This document shows positions 10,001 to 19,004 of a stretch of DNA of 64,000 nt, one piece after another. The DNA is from Candidatus Latescibacterota bacterium (GTDB lineage: Bacteria; Latescibacterota; UBA2968; GCA-2709665). Numbering within the stretch: the first letter of the stretch is position 1; every line of letters begins with the position of its first letter. The DNA lies in the NCBI GenBank assembly GCA_965203805.1, contig OZ241917.1, forward strand, positions 4,096,001-4,160,000, in the 5' to 3' direction. The notes beneath the pieces are model-generated. The model worked only from the letters and a program-made list of their open reading frames with translations, ran no database searches and was not told where the DNA came from. The position numbers and the translations under genes are program-made.

Positions 10001-10191
10001 TTTCCGCGGATGAACTTTCCGCAAAGGCGGTCGCTGTGGATAACGCCATCCGTTGCGTCAAGAAAGCGGACTGGCGTGGAAACAAATTTAAGGAACGGGA
10101 GGTCCGCAACGCTATAAGGTCGCAACTCGGCGACAACGAGGGCCTCGTGTACCACATATTCGAGATTGTAAAGGCGCAGAGTGAATACTGA
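7039..10191 (+). CDS. hsdR: Type I restriction endonuclease subunit R
   Basis: Nuclease motif RPDIVLYVNG..LELK, Walker A HTQGSGKS, DECHR, GFTGTP, LLTGFDAP, QAICRVNR. Confidence 0.97.
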   Translation: MNTIGQNEFRTQRRVISFLRDSLGYSYLGNWQDRVDNSNVEEGLLTDWLKRNGHGDSVINKVLRELDNASALGGSKTLYEANREVYRLLRYGVKVRPDVGEPNVTVWLMDWENPGKNDFAIAEEVTVSATNSKRPDIVLYVNGIALGILELKRSTVSVTEGIRQNLDNQKKEFIRPFFTTVQLVMAGNDTEGLRYGVIETPEKYWLHWMEANANPAAGDNPLLRELSQLCSKERLLEIIHDFVVFDAGVKKICRHNQYFGVRAAQKRVKIREGGIIWHTQGSGKSLTMVWLAKWIRENVTDARVLLITDRTELDEQIETVFKGVSEDIYRTKSGADLVQVLNRPDEWLIGSLIHKFGTTDDISEREIEAYVDEIKKNLPGDFRPKGEIFVFVDECHRTQSGKLHEAMRAILPGASHIGFTGTPLLKADKRRSIETFGTYIHTYKYDEAVRDGVVLDLRYEARDIDQIITSQEKIDQWFEIKTRELTDVAKAELKQRWGTMRNVLSSEDRLRKIVGDIMFDMQTRDRLKSGRGNALLVSGSIHSACRLFDMFQQTDLADRCAIVTSYKPAPGDIKGEETGEGLTERLRRYGIYRRMLSAHFNEPEDKAMGKVATFETEVKKRFIEEPGQMKLLIVVDKLLTGFDAPSATYLYIDKHMQDHGLFQAICRVNRLDGEDKEYGYIVDYKDLFRSLEQSIQDYTGGAFGGYDRTDVQGLLTDRLAKGRERLEETREAIRALCEPVAPPRNRSAYLRFFCGTDSGNGGWLNADNEARRVTLYKRAAAFLRAYANLANEMPDAGYSEAEAQEIKAEVAHYENVRKIVKLASSDYVDLKMFEPAMRHLLDTYIRAEESEKLSAFDDLTLVQLIVKKGDKALDALPDGIRSDQEATAETIENNVRRLIIDETPVNPKYYGKMSELLDALILQRKQESLDYKVYLARIIDLAKKVSSPESETSYPSEIDTNTLRSLFDNLQGAALGQDKAYADTGMELSADELSAKAVAVDNAIRCVKKADWRGNKFKEREVRNAIRSQLGDNEGLVYHIFEIVKAQSEY

Positions 10192-10915
10192 GTGGAAAAC
10201 TTACAGCATTGAGGTACGAGGGACTGCGGTCGACGTGGTCCACAAGGACATCAAAAACCTCCATATTGGGGTTTACCCGCCGAACGGCAGGGTGAGAGTG
10301 GCCGCTCCGCTCAGTCTTGATGATGACGCGGTGCGGATGGCTGTTGGGTCTCGGCTGGGATGGATTCGTCGCCATCAGTCGAAATTCGAGAAACAGAGTC
10401 GGCAGTCCCAGCGGGAATTCGTTACAGGAGAAAGCCATTATTTCGAGGGGAGGCGCTACCGACTCGATGTAACGGAACAGGACGGTCGACCTTCGGTCTG
10501 TCTCCTCAATAACACTACTATGGGTATGTGCGTTCGCCCCGGCGCCGACCGGAATACCAGAGAGTCCGTGCTGGATCGATGGTACCGCCAGCATCTCCGT
10601 GATCGTCTACCGGGCCTCATCGCGAAGTGGGAACCTGAATTGGGTGTGGAAGTCAATGAAGCTCGTATCAGGAAGATGAAGACTCGTTGGGGTACCTGCA
10701 ACCCGAATGCCTGTCGAATCTGGCTGAATCTCGAGCTGGCAAAGAAACCGGCATCCTGCCTAGACTTCGTCGTTCTCCATGAAATGGTTCACTTGATCGA
10801 GCGTCGTCACAACGATCGTTTTCGGTCGCTGATGGACAGGTTCATGCCAACTTGGCGCTATCACCGGGACGAACTCAATCGATCGCCACTGGCGCATGCG
10901 GACTGGCAGTATTGA
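10181..10915 (+). CDS. M48/DUF45 (YgjP-like) metal-dependent hydrolase, copy 1
   Basis: MKTRWGTC, HEMVH zinc motif, HNDRF. Overlaps the hsdR stop, a usual position for this family. Confidence 0.92.
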   Translation: MNTEWKTYSIEVRGTAVDVVHKDIKNLHIGVYPPNGRVRVAAPLSLDDDAVRMAVGSRLGWIRRHQSKFEKQSRQSQREFVTGESHYFEGRRYRLDVTEQDGRPSVCLLNNTTMGMCVRPGADRNTRESVLDRWYRQHLRDRLPGLIAKWEPELGVEVNEARIRKMKTRWGTCNPNACRIWLNLELAKKPASCLDFVVLHEMVHLIERRHNDRFRSLMDRFMPTWRYHRDELNRSPLAHADWQY

Positions 10916-11203
10916 ATGAGATCAAGGCTTAGGGCCCCCGGGCACCGCCAGCTCTAGAATTCAGATTCGCGAAGAATTCGCCTTTACCTTGAGCAATATC
11001 AAACCCATCGATACTCTTCTGGTGGGGATGTACCAGAAATTCGGCGATCAGCTTGGCGAGAATGCGGCGATGGTCGCCGAGCTGTGTCAGGGATAGTTCG
11101 TCCGGTGGCGGCGGGGACTAAAAGTCCGCAATGCTATCAAGTCCCAATCTGGTAACAATGAGAACCTCGTGCGCCGATTCAGTCGAGATTGCGACGGTGG
11201 AAA

Positions 11204-11938
11204 GTGAAGAATAGGCTGAAAAATTACACCATTGAGGTACGAGGAGCCGCAGTGGACGTCGTGCACAAGGACGTCAAGAACCTGTACATAAGGGTCTACC
11301 CACCGAACGGTCGTGTAAGGGTGTCCGCGCCGCGTCGTTTCGATAAAGACGACGTGCGAGTGGCCGTCACTTCCCGTCTTGAATGGATTCGTCTGCAGGA
11401 GGCGAGATTTCAGCGGAAATACCACCAGTCCGAGCGGGAATTCATAACGGGCGAGAGACATTTTTTCGAGGGCCGACGCTACCGGCTCGAGGTGACGGAA
11501 CGGGACACCCCGCCTGAGGTCCGCCTCCTTGACAATACGACCATAGCGATGCGCGTTCGGCCGGGCGCAGACAGGGTTAATAGGGAGGCCGTACTGGATC
11601 GATGGTACCGACGCCATCTCCGTGATTTTCTTCCGGGGATCATTGCAAAATGGGAGCCCGAAATGGGGGTGCGGGTCAACGAAGCGCGGATCAGAAAGAT
11701 GAAGACCCGTTGGGGGACTTGCAATCCCCAGGCCCGCCGAATCTGGCTGAGTCTCGAGCTGGCAAAGAAACCGGCATCCTGCCTTGAGTACGTCGTTGTG
11801 CATGAGATGGTCCACCTGATCGAGCGCCGTCACAACGATCGTTTTTGGAAACTGATGGACAGGTTCATGCCAACCTGGCGATATCATCGCGATGAACTCA
11901 ACCGCTCGCTATCGGGAAATGAGCACGGGCGATATTGA
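11204..11938 (+). CDS. M48/DUF45 (YgjP-like) metal-dependent hydrolase, copy 2
   Basis: Paralogue of 10181-10915 with the same motifs. GTG 11204 aligns with the GTG start of copy 1. Confidence 0.9.
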   Translation: MKNRLKNYTIEVRGAAVDVVHKDVKNLYIRVYPPNGRVRVSAPRRFDKDDVRVAVTSRLEWIRLQEARFQRKYHQSEREFITGERHFFEGRRYRLEVTERDTPPEVRLLDNTTIAMRVRPGADRVNREAVLDRWYRRHLRDFLPGIIAKWEPEMGVRVNEARIRKMKTRWGTCNPQARRIWLSLELAKKPASCLEYVVVHEMVHLIERRHNDRFWKLMDRFMPTWRYHRDELNRSLSGNEHGRY

Positions 11939-12212
11939 ATGAGATCAAGGCTTAGGGCCCTCGGGCACCGCCAACTCTAGAAATCAGATTCGCGCAGTAT
12001 TCGCTTATACGCTCGATAATATCAAGTCAATCGACATTCTTCTGGTGGGGATGTATCAGAGATTCAACGATCAGCTTGGCGAAAATGCGGCGATGGTAGC
12101 AGAATTGTGCAGGTGAGAGTTCGACCTGTGGCGGCGCGGCAGTATCGGGCGTTGCCAAGCGAAAAGCATAGCGCGGAATGTCGAACCGAACCGCGAATCG
12201 GAGATAGAGAAG

Positions 12213-12479
12213 ATGGGCAGTATTAGGATACGAGACATCAGCGATGATTTAGAGCAGCGTCTCCGCATGCGGGCGGCCGAGCATGGCCATTCTATTGAGG
12301 ACGAAGCACGGGCGATTCTGCGTGAAGCGCTTACCGAATGCCCGCCACCTACCAATCTCGCAAGCGCGATACATGATCGATTCGCGCCAATGGGTGGCGT
12401 GGAACTGAACATACCTTCGCGCCAGCCAATGCGGGATCCAATCCCAATCGGTTGGTTTGACGGTGAGGGTCCTGATTAA
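12213..12479 (+). CDS. FitA-like ribbon-helix-helix antitoxin / plasmid stabilisation protein
   Basis: SIRIRDISDDLEQRLRMRAAEHGHSIEDEARAILREAL...LASAIHDRFAPMGGVEL. Confidence 0.85.
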   Translation: MGSIRIRDISDDLEQRLRMRAAEHGHSIEDEARAILREALTECPPPTNLASAIHDRFAPMGGVELNIPSRQPMRDPIPIGWFDGEGPD

Positions 12480-12579
12480 TCGCGCCCGGAAATGGCGTCT
12501 GACGTCATTCTTTACCGCATTTCAGTCAGCGGCGTAATGTCCCGAATATGACGTGAAAACACGATAATCGCAGATTTTG

Positions 12580-12608
12580 TTGAACGCCAAGCCCATTGTG
12601 ACTATAAT
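12580..12608 (+). promoter_or_regulatory. Sigma70-type promoter for the MTase operon
   Basis: TTGAAC (12580-12585), 17 bp spacer, TATAAT (12603-12608), about 50 bp upstream of ATG 12658. Confidence 0.6.
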
Positions 12609-12657
12609 ATGGAAAACACCGTCTCAATGGGATTTTTGTTTCTGCGAGGAAACGTAG

Positions 12658-15603
12658 ATGATCGCCCAGTCCTTAAGGCAGGTGCTTGAAGCCACTGGCT
12701 ATCTGGAAAATGGTGAACCGGCACATGGCGTTTACCTGGAGGACGACGCCCGTACCAGGTGCCAGGCCCGGGAGTTTGAACCCGACGCGCTGTGGCGCAG
12801 CGACTCAGCGCTCACTGTCTACTTCAAGCTTGAACAGGAAGACCCGTCTACTAAGCAGGTGGAACGGTGGCGTAAGGAGATCTGGAACCAGGGTTTCGCC
12901 CCGTTGTTATGGGTGGTTTCACCGCATAGAATAGATCTATACAACGGGTTCGGTCGTCCCCGAGAGACAGAGGATGCTGCGGCGTACCTGTTGGATACAT
13001 TCAAACTGATCGCTAGTGAGTTGGCCAAACTCGACAGCTTTGCCGGCCGCCTGGCGATGGAAACGGGACAATTCTGGCAACAAGCGCCCACCGTTGACCG
13101 AAAGACCAGCGTGGACCGGCAGCTTCTCAACGACCTTGCAGCACTTGAGCAAGACCTTGTTGGAGAAAGACTTGGCCGCCCGGACGCCCAAGGGTTGATA
13201 GGCCGGGCGATATTCACCCAATATCTGATTGATCGCAAAATCATTACGAAATCATTCTTGGCGTGCGAGTACGGTCGCCGCACCTTTCCATCCATATTGC
13301 GAGATCCGCAATCTACAGAGCAATTGTTCGATTGGCTTCGAGATAGTTTCAATGGGGACATGTTTCCGCCGCAGGGATCAACTGCGCCAAGACCGGAGCA
13401 TCTGTGTAGGGTTGCAGACTTCCTCGACGGTGTGCATCCCCAGTCGCGACAGACGACGCTTTTTCCGTATCAATTCGATGTAATTCCAGTCGAACTGATT
13501 AGCTCAATCTACGAACAGTTCGCCCACTCCACCCCGGCGACTCTCAACACTGATCTCCGAAGAGATGTGTTCTATACCCGGCTATCACTCGTTTCTCTGG
13601 TACTGGATGAAACCATGGAAGGACTCTCTGGCGAGGAATCCGTGGTTGATCTGACGTGTGGGTCAGGTGTTTTCCTTGTTGAAGCCTTGCGAAGGCTGGT
13701 CAATCTTCGGTCGCACGGCTGCAAACCGAATCGCGAAGTTATCCGTTCCACGCTGCACCAACAGATCTACGGTATGGATATAAGTGATGCTGCAGTGCGT
13801 GTCGCTGCGTTCAGTCTATACTTGGCGGCATTGGAACTTGACCCAGACCCGCATTCCCCTGAGTCATTGAAGTTCAAGCCGCTAATTGGAAAGACGCTTA
13901 TCGTCGGTGACGTTTGGGATATCGAAAGAATGACTAACGGAGAGGTTTTTCAGCCAGGATGGAATGCCCGGAGAACATTCGATATCATTGTTGGCAATCC
14001 ACCATGGAGCTATCGAGGTCGCACGTCGACCGCCGCGCGACAGCGCCGGGGCGGAACGACTCACGTGCTTCCACCACGAGGCGAAAGCTTAGATTTCGTG
14101 TTTCGAGCAATGGGATTTGCCTCGGAGGATACCCGATTCGGTCTAGTTCTGAGCGCTGTTCAATTTTTCGGTCGAAGCAAAAAGGGTGCTGCCGCATCGC
14201 GACGAATCATTGAGAAGCTCTCCCCGGTGACTCTGGTTAATCTGGCGAATCACACTAATTGGCTGTTTCCAAAAAGTAATATGCCCGCAGTTGTACTCTT
14301 CGCGAGGCACCGCGTCTCTCGATCGGACACGATCACCGCTGTTCAAGTGCCTTGGTCGTCCGCGGGAGCAAAGAGCCACACATTCCAAATCGCACGTAGC
14401 GATATCATTACGCTGCCGTTGGGTGACTGGAAGCGAAAGCCGGAATTCTTGAAAGCCGCGTTTGTTGGATGTCGGCGGGATCTATCGTTATTAGACAGGT
14501 TGACGTCCCGACATCTGACACTGGGCGAATGCCTTGGGGGGCTAGGCGCAAGACTAAATGCCGGGCTGAAGCTCGGCAATCGAAGTAAGGATTCGAGCTT
14601 TCTTAAGGGTCTTCCGCTAGTTGCGAATGGAGACCTTGGACCGTTCTCCGCAAGAGCGGACTTGGGGAAGTTTGACGAAGAGAGGGCCGAACGACCGCGG
14701 AAGCGCGAGACCTATCGTGCGCCATTGTTGATCCTTAAGGAGTTCATGATTCGCAATCCGCGCCCCGTAGTAGCCGTTGTGGATCGAGATTCCGTTTACG
14801 CGGACGCCTACTTCGGCGCGTCTCTTGGTTCGGCGCCAGAGGGGGCCGCCCACTTGCTCTCGGCTATCCTCAGTTCGTCGCTTGCTTCCTGGTTCTTCCT
14901 AATGTCCTCATCCACATTCGGATTGTGGATGCAAAGGCTCCTGCGTCGAGACGTCGAACGCTTTCCTGTACCCAATCTGGAAGAAACTCTTAGCTCCGAC
15001 GCGGGCCGATGCGTCGTAGAGCACGCTTTAGAGTTTCAGCGAGATTTACCGAGTGCTTCTGATTGGAGAGCTCTCGACGAAGCTGTCTTCGACCTGTATG
15101 ACCTGGACAAATCTGATCGCATTGTCGCGCGTGACGGTCTGTTCCGCGCCAGTTGGCAATGGCAGGCTGGCAGGAATGCTTCCGTGAAAGCCGCCGAAGT
15201 TCGCGACGTTTCTATCTACGCACGTACGTTTCAAACAGCGGTGGAGGCCTGGCTTTCAGCAGCGAATAAACGCTGTATGCGCGCGGAAGTCTTCGAACTT
15301 CCCGAACGTGCGCCACTTCGAGTCGTTCGCTTCATTCTTAATGAGCGCACCCGCATTACGAAGCCTTCTCGGTTGGAGGTTGTAACACCGGACGGAGACT
15401 TGAGGGATGTACTTAACAGGATCGGCGAACGCCTGGAGGTTCCGCTTGCAAACTCCCTGATTGGTCAACGCGAACTTCGGGTGCATGGCCACAACGAGGT
15501 TGTGATCATTAAGCCTGCCGCCCTTCGACACTGGATGGGCGTGTCGGCATTAGAAGACGCGGACTCGGTCATCGTCGAGAGCTTCTCGGGGACCGCCGAA
15601 TGA
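12658..15603 (+). CDS. Large N6-adenine DNA methyltransferase (Eco57I/Type IIG-like architecture)
   Basis: FNGDMF, ELISSIYEQF, motif I DLTCGSGVFL, YGMDI, motif IV GNPPW, TRD-like C-terminal half. Confidence 0.9.
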   Translation: MIAQSLRQVLEATGYLENGEPAHGVYLEDDARTRCQAREFEPDALWRSDSALTVYFKLEQEDPSTKQVERWRKEIWNQGFAPLLWVVSPHRIDLYNGFGRPRETEDAAAYLLDTFKLIASELAKLDSFAGRLAMETGQFWQQAPTVDRKTSVDRQLLNDLAALEQDLVGERLGRPDAQGLIGRAIFTQYLIDRKIITKSFLACEYGRRTFPSILRDPQSTEQLFDWLRDSFNGDMFPPQGSTAPRPEHLCRVADFLDGVHPQSRQTTLFPYQFDVIPVELISSIYEQFAHSTPATLNTDLRRDVFYTRLSLVSLVLDETMEGLSGEESVVDLTCGSGVFLVEALRRLVNLRSHGCKPNREVIRSTLHQQIYGMDISDAAVRVAAFSLYLAALELDPDPHSPESLKFKPLIGKTLIVGDVWDIERMTNGEVFQPGWNARRTFDIIVGNPPWSYRGRTSTAARQRRGGTTHVLPPRGESLDFVFRAMGFASEDTRFGLVLSAVQFFGRSKKGAAASRRIIEKLSPVTLVNLANHTNWLFPKSNMPAVVLFARHRVSRSDTITAVQVPWSSAGAKSHTFQIARSDIITLPLGDWKRKPEFLKAAFVGCRRDLSLLDRLTSRHLTLGECLGGLGARLNAGLKLGNRSKDSSFLKGLPLVANGDLGPFSARADLGKFDEERAERPRKRETYRAPLLILKEFMIRNPRPVVAVVDRDSVYADAYFGASLGSAPEGAAHLLSAILSSSLASWFFLMSSSTFGLWMQRLLRRDVERFPVPNLEETLSSDAGRCVVEHALEFQRDLPSASDWRALDEAVFDLYDLDKSDRIVARDGLFRASWQWQAGRNASVKAAEVRDVSIYARTFQTAVEAWLSAANKRCMRAEVFELPERAPLRVVRFILNERTRITKPSRLEVVTPDGDLRDVLNRIGERLEVPLANSLIGQRELRVHGHNEVVIIKPAALRHWMGVSALEDADSVIVESFSGTAE

Positions 15604-16265
15604 AGTTGCCTTTTCACGTTAGGGCAACCGCTGGCCGGCGATTTATTAATCTCGGTCCTGATATTGCGAGTGCGATCTTGCGAACGGTTGAGGTCGGCTG
15701 GAAGTTTGCATTAAGGTCATCGGACGTCAATGCAAAGACGGGAGAAGTAGGGATTACGGAACGGCTACGCGATGGAATGCGTTGTGCACTGGACTCTGGA
15801 ATTCTACCCTGGAAGACAATAGTAGTCCTCCCTGGAACCGAATCCCGCTCTCAACCAAATGTAGTCGTACCCGATGGCAGAACCGACATTCCCGTTTTTT
15901 GGATCGAAATATTCCTGCGATTCGGCGGACACGATCCACATGCGATCATCGAATGCAAACGCGTCGCCGGTAACAACGCTCACCTGTGCCGAGAATACGT
16001 CGTAGAAGGCATCGACCGCTTCCGATCCGGTAAGTATTCAGGTAATCACTCCACCGGGTTCATGGTTGGGTACTTGCTCGCTGGCAATGAGCAAATGGCT
16101 GCCACACGAATTAACCAAGTCTTGACAGGCAGATCACGCTGCAGGGAGAACTTGAAACCGTCAGATCTAGTCCACGAGCCGTGGGCGTGGGGAAGCTCCC
16201 ATCCGCGCGAGGAAGTTTCACCGATAGATTTACATCACGCATTTCTGGCGTTCGCGCAAGCGTGA
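15600..16265 (+). CDS. Putative PD-(D/E)xK nuclease-fold protein coupled to the MTase
   Basis: GRTDI...IIECKRV, YVVEGIDRFRSGKYS. ATGA overlap with the MTase stop. Confidence 0.65.
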   Translation: MKLPFHVRATAGRRFINLGPDIASAILRTVEVGWKFALRSSDVNAKTGEVGITERLRDGMRCALDSGILPWKTIVVLPGTESRSQPNVVVPDGRTDIPVFWIEIFLRFGGHDPHAIIECKRVAGNNAHLCREYVVEGIDRFRSGKYSGNHSTGFMVGYLLAGNEQMAATRINQVLTGRSRCRENLKPSDLVHEPWAWGSSHPREEVSPIDLHHAFLAFAQA

Positions 16266-16309
16266 TATATGCAAGTCTCAGGCTGGAAGCCAGGGCATTA
16301 ACAGGCCAG

Positions 16310-16575
16310 TTTATAGTTGACCAACAAGAGATCCGCACATCGTAGCGCATGAACGACATTTCTTGTCATGGGCCGCGCCAATCTGGGAAATTGACAGGGG
16401 CGTGTTGACAATCGAAACGTTGGTAACGCAATGGTGGCCAAGTGGTTAAAACGTCAAGGTCACAACGAAATTGCCGTCATCAAGGCGTTGCGCCGACTGG
16501 AAAACACAGCGGCTCGCGAAGGTGGTAAGACGCTTTACGACGCCTATCGTAAGGTTTGCAACCTGTCCCGCTGTT
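16310..16575 (+). pseudogene. Degraded remnant of an hsdR 5' end
   Basis: VAKWLKRQGHNEIAVIKALRRLENTAAREGGKTLYDAYRKV aligns by eye with HsdR LTDWLKRNGHGDSVINKVLRELDNASALGGSKTLYEANREV. The upstream part contains a stop (aattga) and no continuation. Confidence 0.8.
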
Positions 16576-16703
16576 CGGAACAAGGTGCGCGACTCGGATG
16601 TCAAGTTCGAGTGTTTACACCAAACGCCATTTCGCGTAAAGCGTCAACTGCTTCCGTTCTATAAGACAATACAACGGCAAGTGGAATTTTGGCAGGTAAA
16701 GCA

Positions 16704-17480
16704 ATGTCCATTGAGACCATAGAAAGAGATTTCCACGAGAAGGTTTCGTCGAAGATTCGGCTAACCGCCGAAGGAATGGAACGATTCCGTGTGTTTACCC
16801 CGTTCATATTCGACGACGGTGATCATTTGGACATCGTTCTACGGAAGGACGGCGCGCGTTGGGTGCTTTCCGACGAGGCACACACGTACATGCATCTGAC
16901 GTACGACATCGATGAGAGAGATCTTTATAGTGGTACGCGTCAGAAGATTATCTCTAATACGCTGTCCACGTTTCAGATCGAGGACCGCGATGGTGAGTTA
17001 GTACTCGACGTGCCGGAGGAGCGATACGGGGATGCGTTGTTTTCTTTCGTTCAGGGATTACTCAAGATATCTGATGTATCGTACCTGTCGCGGGAGCGCG
17101 TTCTGTCCACCTTCATGGATGATTTTCGGACGGTGATGAGTGAGGCGATTCCGGAAGAGCGCAGGAGTTTTGACTGGAGCGATCCCGAACATGATCCTCA
17201 AGGGATGTACACCGTGGATTGTCGAGTAAACGGTTTGCGCCGGCCCTTATTCGTTCATGCACTTTCGAGCGACGGCAGGACCCGAGACGCTACAATCGCG
17301 CTTCTCCAGTTCGAACGTTGGGAAATGCCCTTCCGTTCACTCGCGATTTTCGAAGATCAGGAGTCGATCAATCGCAAGGTGTTAGCCCGATTCAGCGATG
17401 TCTGTGAAAAGCAATTCTCGAGTCTTACCTCTAACCGGGAACGAATTGCCCGATTTTTGAAGCAGAGCACCCAAGCGTAA
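16704..17480 (+). CDS. DUF1828/DUF1829-like protein
   Basis: FRVFTPFIFDDGDHLDIVL, WVLSDEAHT, FVQGLLKISD, F..DF pattern typical of DUF1828 proteins. Confidence 0.75.
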   Translation: MSIETIERDFHEKVSSKIRLTAEGMERFRVFTPFIFDDGDHLDIVLRKDGARWVLSDEAHTYMHLTYDIDERDLYSGTRQKIISNTLSTFQIEDRDGELVLDVPEERYGDALFSFVQGLLKISDVSYLSRERVLSTFMDDFRTVMSEAIPEERRSFDWSDPEHDPQGMYTVDCRVNGLRRPLFVHALSSDGRTRDATIALLQFERWEMPFRSLAIFEDQESINRKVLARFSDVCEKQFSSLTSNRERIARFLKQSTQA

Positions 17481-17968
17481 GAGATGCGCTGTATCAGATA
17501 CCCGGATAGGTTGCACCACCGGATCAATATCAACTTTGTCGTCCGTGGTACATACGAATGAATGGATCTGAAGCTATCGGGCTGGTCGATTCAGTGAGAT
17601 TTGATGGTCTGTTTCGCCCTGATTTCCAGTTCACGGGCTTGTTAAACCGTCCGTTTTATTTATAATAATTAGTAGAGGCCTGAGTTCCGCATCCTGTGAC
17701 ATTTGCGCGCCGAATGTCACAGGATATGACGCGGCATTGAGAACTTTTCAGAGCGGAAATCCTGTTGGATTTTTGCGATCCGCCGTTGCAGTCGATCGGC
17801 CTTCGGTTTAGCCGGGAAAACGGCCAGGATTCCTGTCTCAACGGAGGGTCCGCGCCGGCTTGGAGTTTTCAAGGCGGCCGTGTATCCGGAACGTGTCCAC
17901 CGACGCTGGCCGGGTCTTGTTTGACATTCGCAAGATTGAAACGACGCCGCTGGCGGAGGCGGGTTCGG

Positions 17969-18316
17969 ATGGACGTTGATGTCAAATGGGATCGGAAAGA
18001 CGGAATCCTGATCGCGATCCTGGCGGGTCGTATCGACGGCAGTAATGCTCGGGAATATCAGAATGTTATCGAGTCGGGAATCGGCCCTGAAGACAACGCG
18101 TTGCTTCTGGACTTCGAACAGGTTTCCTACATCAGCAGCGCGGGGCTTCGACTCGGTGTCATCATTGCCTGGAAATTCAACGATCCCGGAAAGCAATTCG
18201 GGATCTGCACACTTACGGGCCTGGTACGGAAAGTGATCACCATGAGCGGTTTCGATCAAATCATCGACATTTACGAGTCACGGGCCGAGGCGATAGCAGC
18301 GTGCGGAAGCAGTTGA
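17969..18316 (+). CDS. STAS-domain anti-sigma-factor antagonist (SpoIIAA/RsbV-like)
   Basis: LAGRIDGSNA, LLDFEQVSYISSAGLR (phospho-Ser motif), VITMSGFD. GGAGG upstream of ATG 17969. Confidence 0.92.
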   Translation: MDVDVKWDRKDGILIAILAGRIDGSNAREYQNVIESGIGPEDNALLLDFEQVSYISSAGLRLGVIIAWKFNDPGKQFGICTLTGLVRKVITMSGFDQIIDIYESRAEAIAACGSS

Positions 18317-18382
18317 GTTGCGTCATTAAGAGTTTCCATTCACCTTTGGAGCGGACGACCTGCCAACCATATCGGAGCAGCC

Positions 18383-18667
18383 ATGATGAACACTGACGAT
18401 GAAAAAATCGGATCGATGAGAAGCGCGGTTGATATGGATATCATTGGCGATAACATATCCGATATCGCTGAATTCACGATTGAGAAGTACGAATTCAAAA
18501 ACGACAGCACCCTCTCTTCCGAGGTGCGTAAGGGTGCAGTCGCCAAGATTGAGGAGGTCCTGTGGCAGCGGGTCGCGGAGTTGAACCTGTTGCGCAAGCA
18601 GTACCTGGCCGGGATGTTCAGCCTGGCGGAAGAGGCACTTGGTGAGGTCGTCGATCAACGTCGATAA
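18383..18667 (+). CDS. Hypothetical small acidic helical protein
   Basis: GGAG RBS, protein-like composition, co-directional with neighbours; no family recognised. Confidence 0.6.
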   Translation: MMNTDDEKIGSMRSAVDMDIIGDNISDIAEFTIEKYEFKNDSTLSSEVRKGAVAKIEEVLWQRVAELNLLRKQYLAGMFSLAEEALGEVVDQRR

Positions 18668-19004
18668 GACACGTTTTCGATCTTGCGGAGCGTTCGCAAG
18701 CGACGGACAAAACCTGGTACCATCGCCTCGAAGGACGTGCGGGGACCGATCCGGAACGTAAGTCCGGAGGTTGAAACGGCCGGTTCCGGTACACATAGAA
18801 GCCCTATTGGAATTCCGATTTACGCATTGAACGCGAGCGAGCGGCGTGTACGCCGTCGTCCCGCACGGAATTCCAACAGGGCTTTTTCGTGTTCGGGAAG
18901 GACGCAATCGCCGGTTGATTTGTCCACGACAATTCAATATTCTTGAGGCGTGGACGCGAACACAACCTGGAAGTGTCCTAAGCGTGGACTGGAAAGGCCT
19001 CTGA

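Larger units (their letters stand above)
10102..12138 (+). repeat. Diverged tandem duplication, unit about 1.02 kb (about 10102-11115 and 11124-12138)
   Basis: Both units contain the hsdR 3' end (gtccgcaa(c/t)gctat), the peptidase gene and about 200 bp downstream (attgaatgagatcaaggcttagggccc...ggtggggatgta...tcagcttggcga). Confidence 0.9.

Noticed and set aside
16430-16500. tRNA-like GGTGGCCAAGTGGTTAAA (resembles a D-arm)
   Set aside because: No T-arm GTTCGA or acceptor stem at the right spacing; the sequence is explained as the AKWLK codons of the hsdR relic.
17765-17968. N-terminal extension of the STAS ORF
   Set aside because: ATG 17969 has a good RBS and gives a normal-length STAS protein; a TTGACA lies within the supposed extension.
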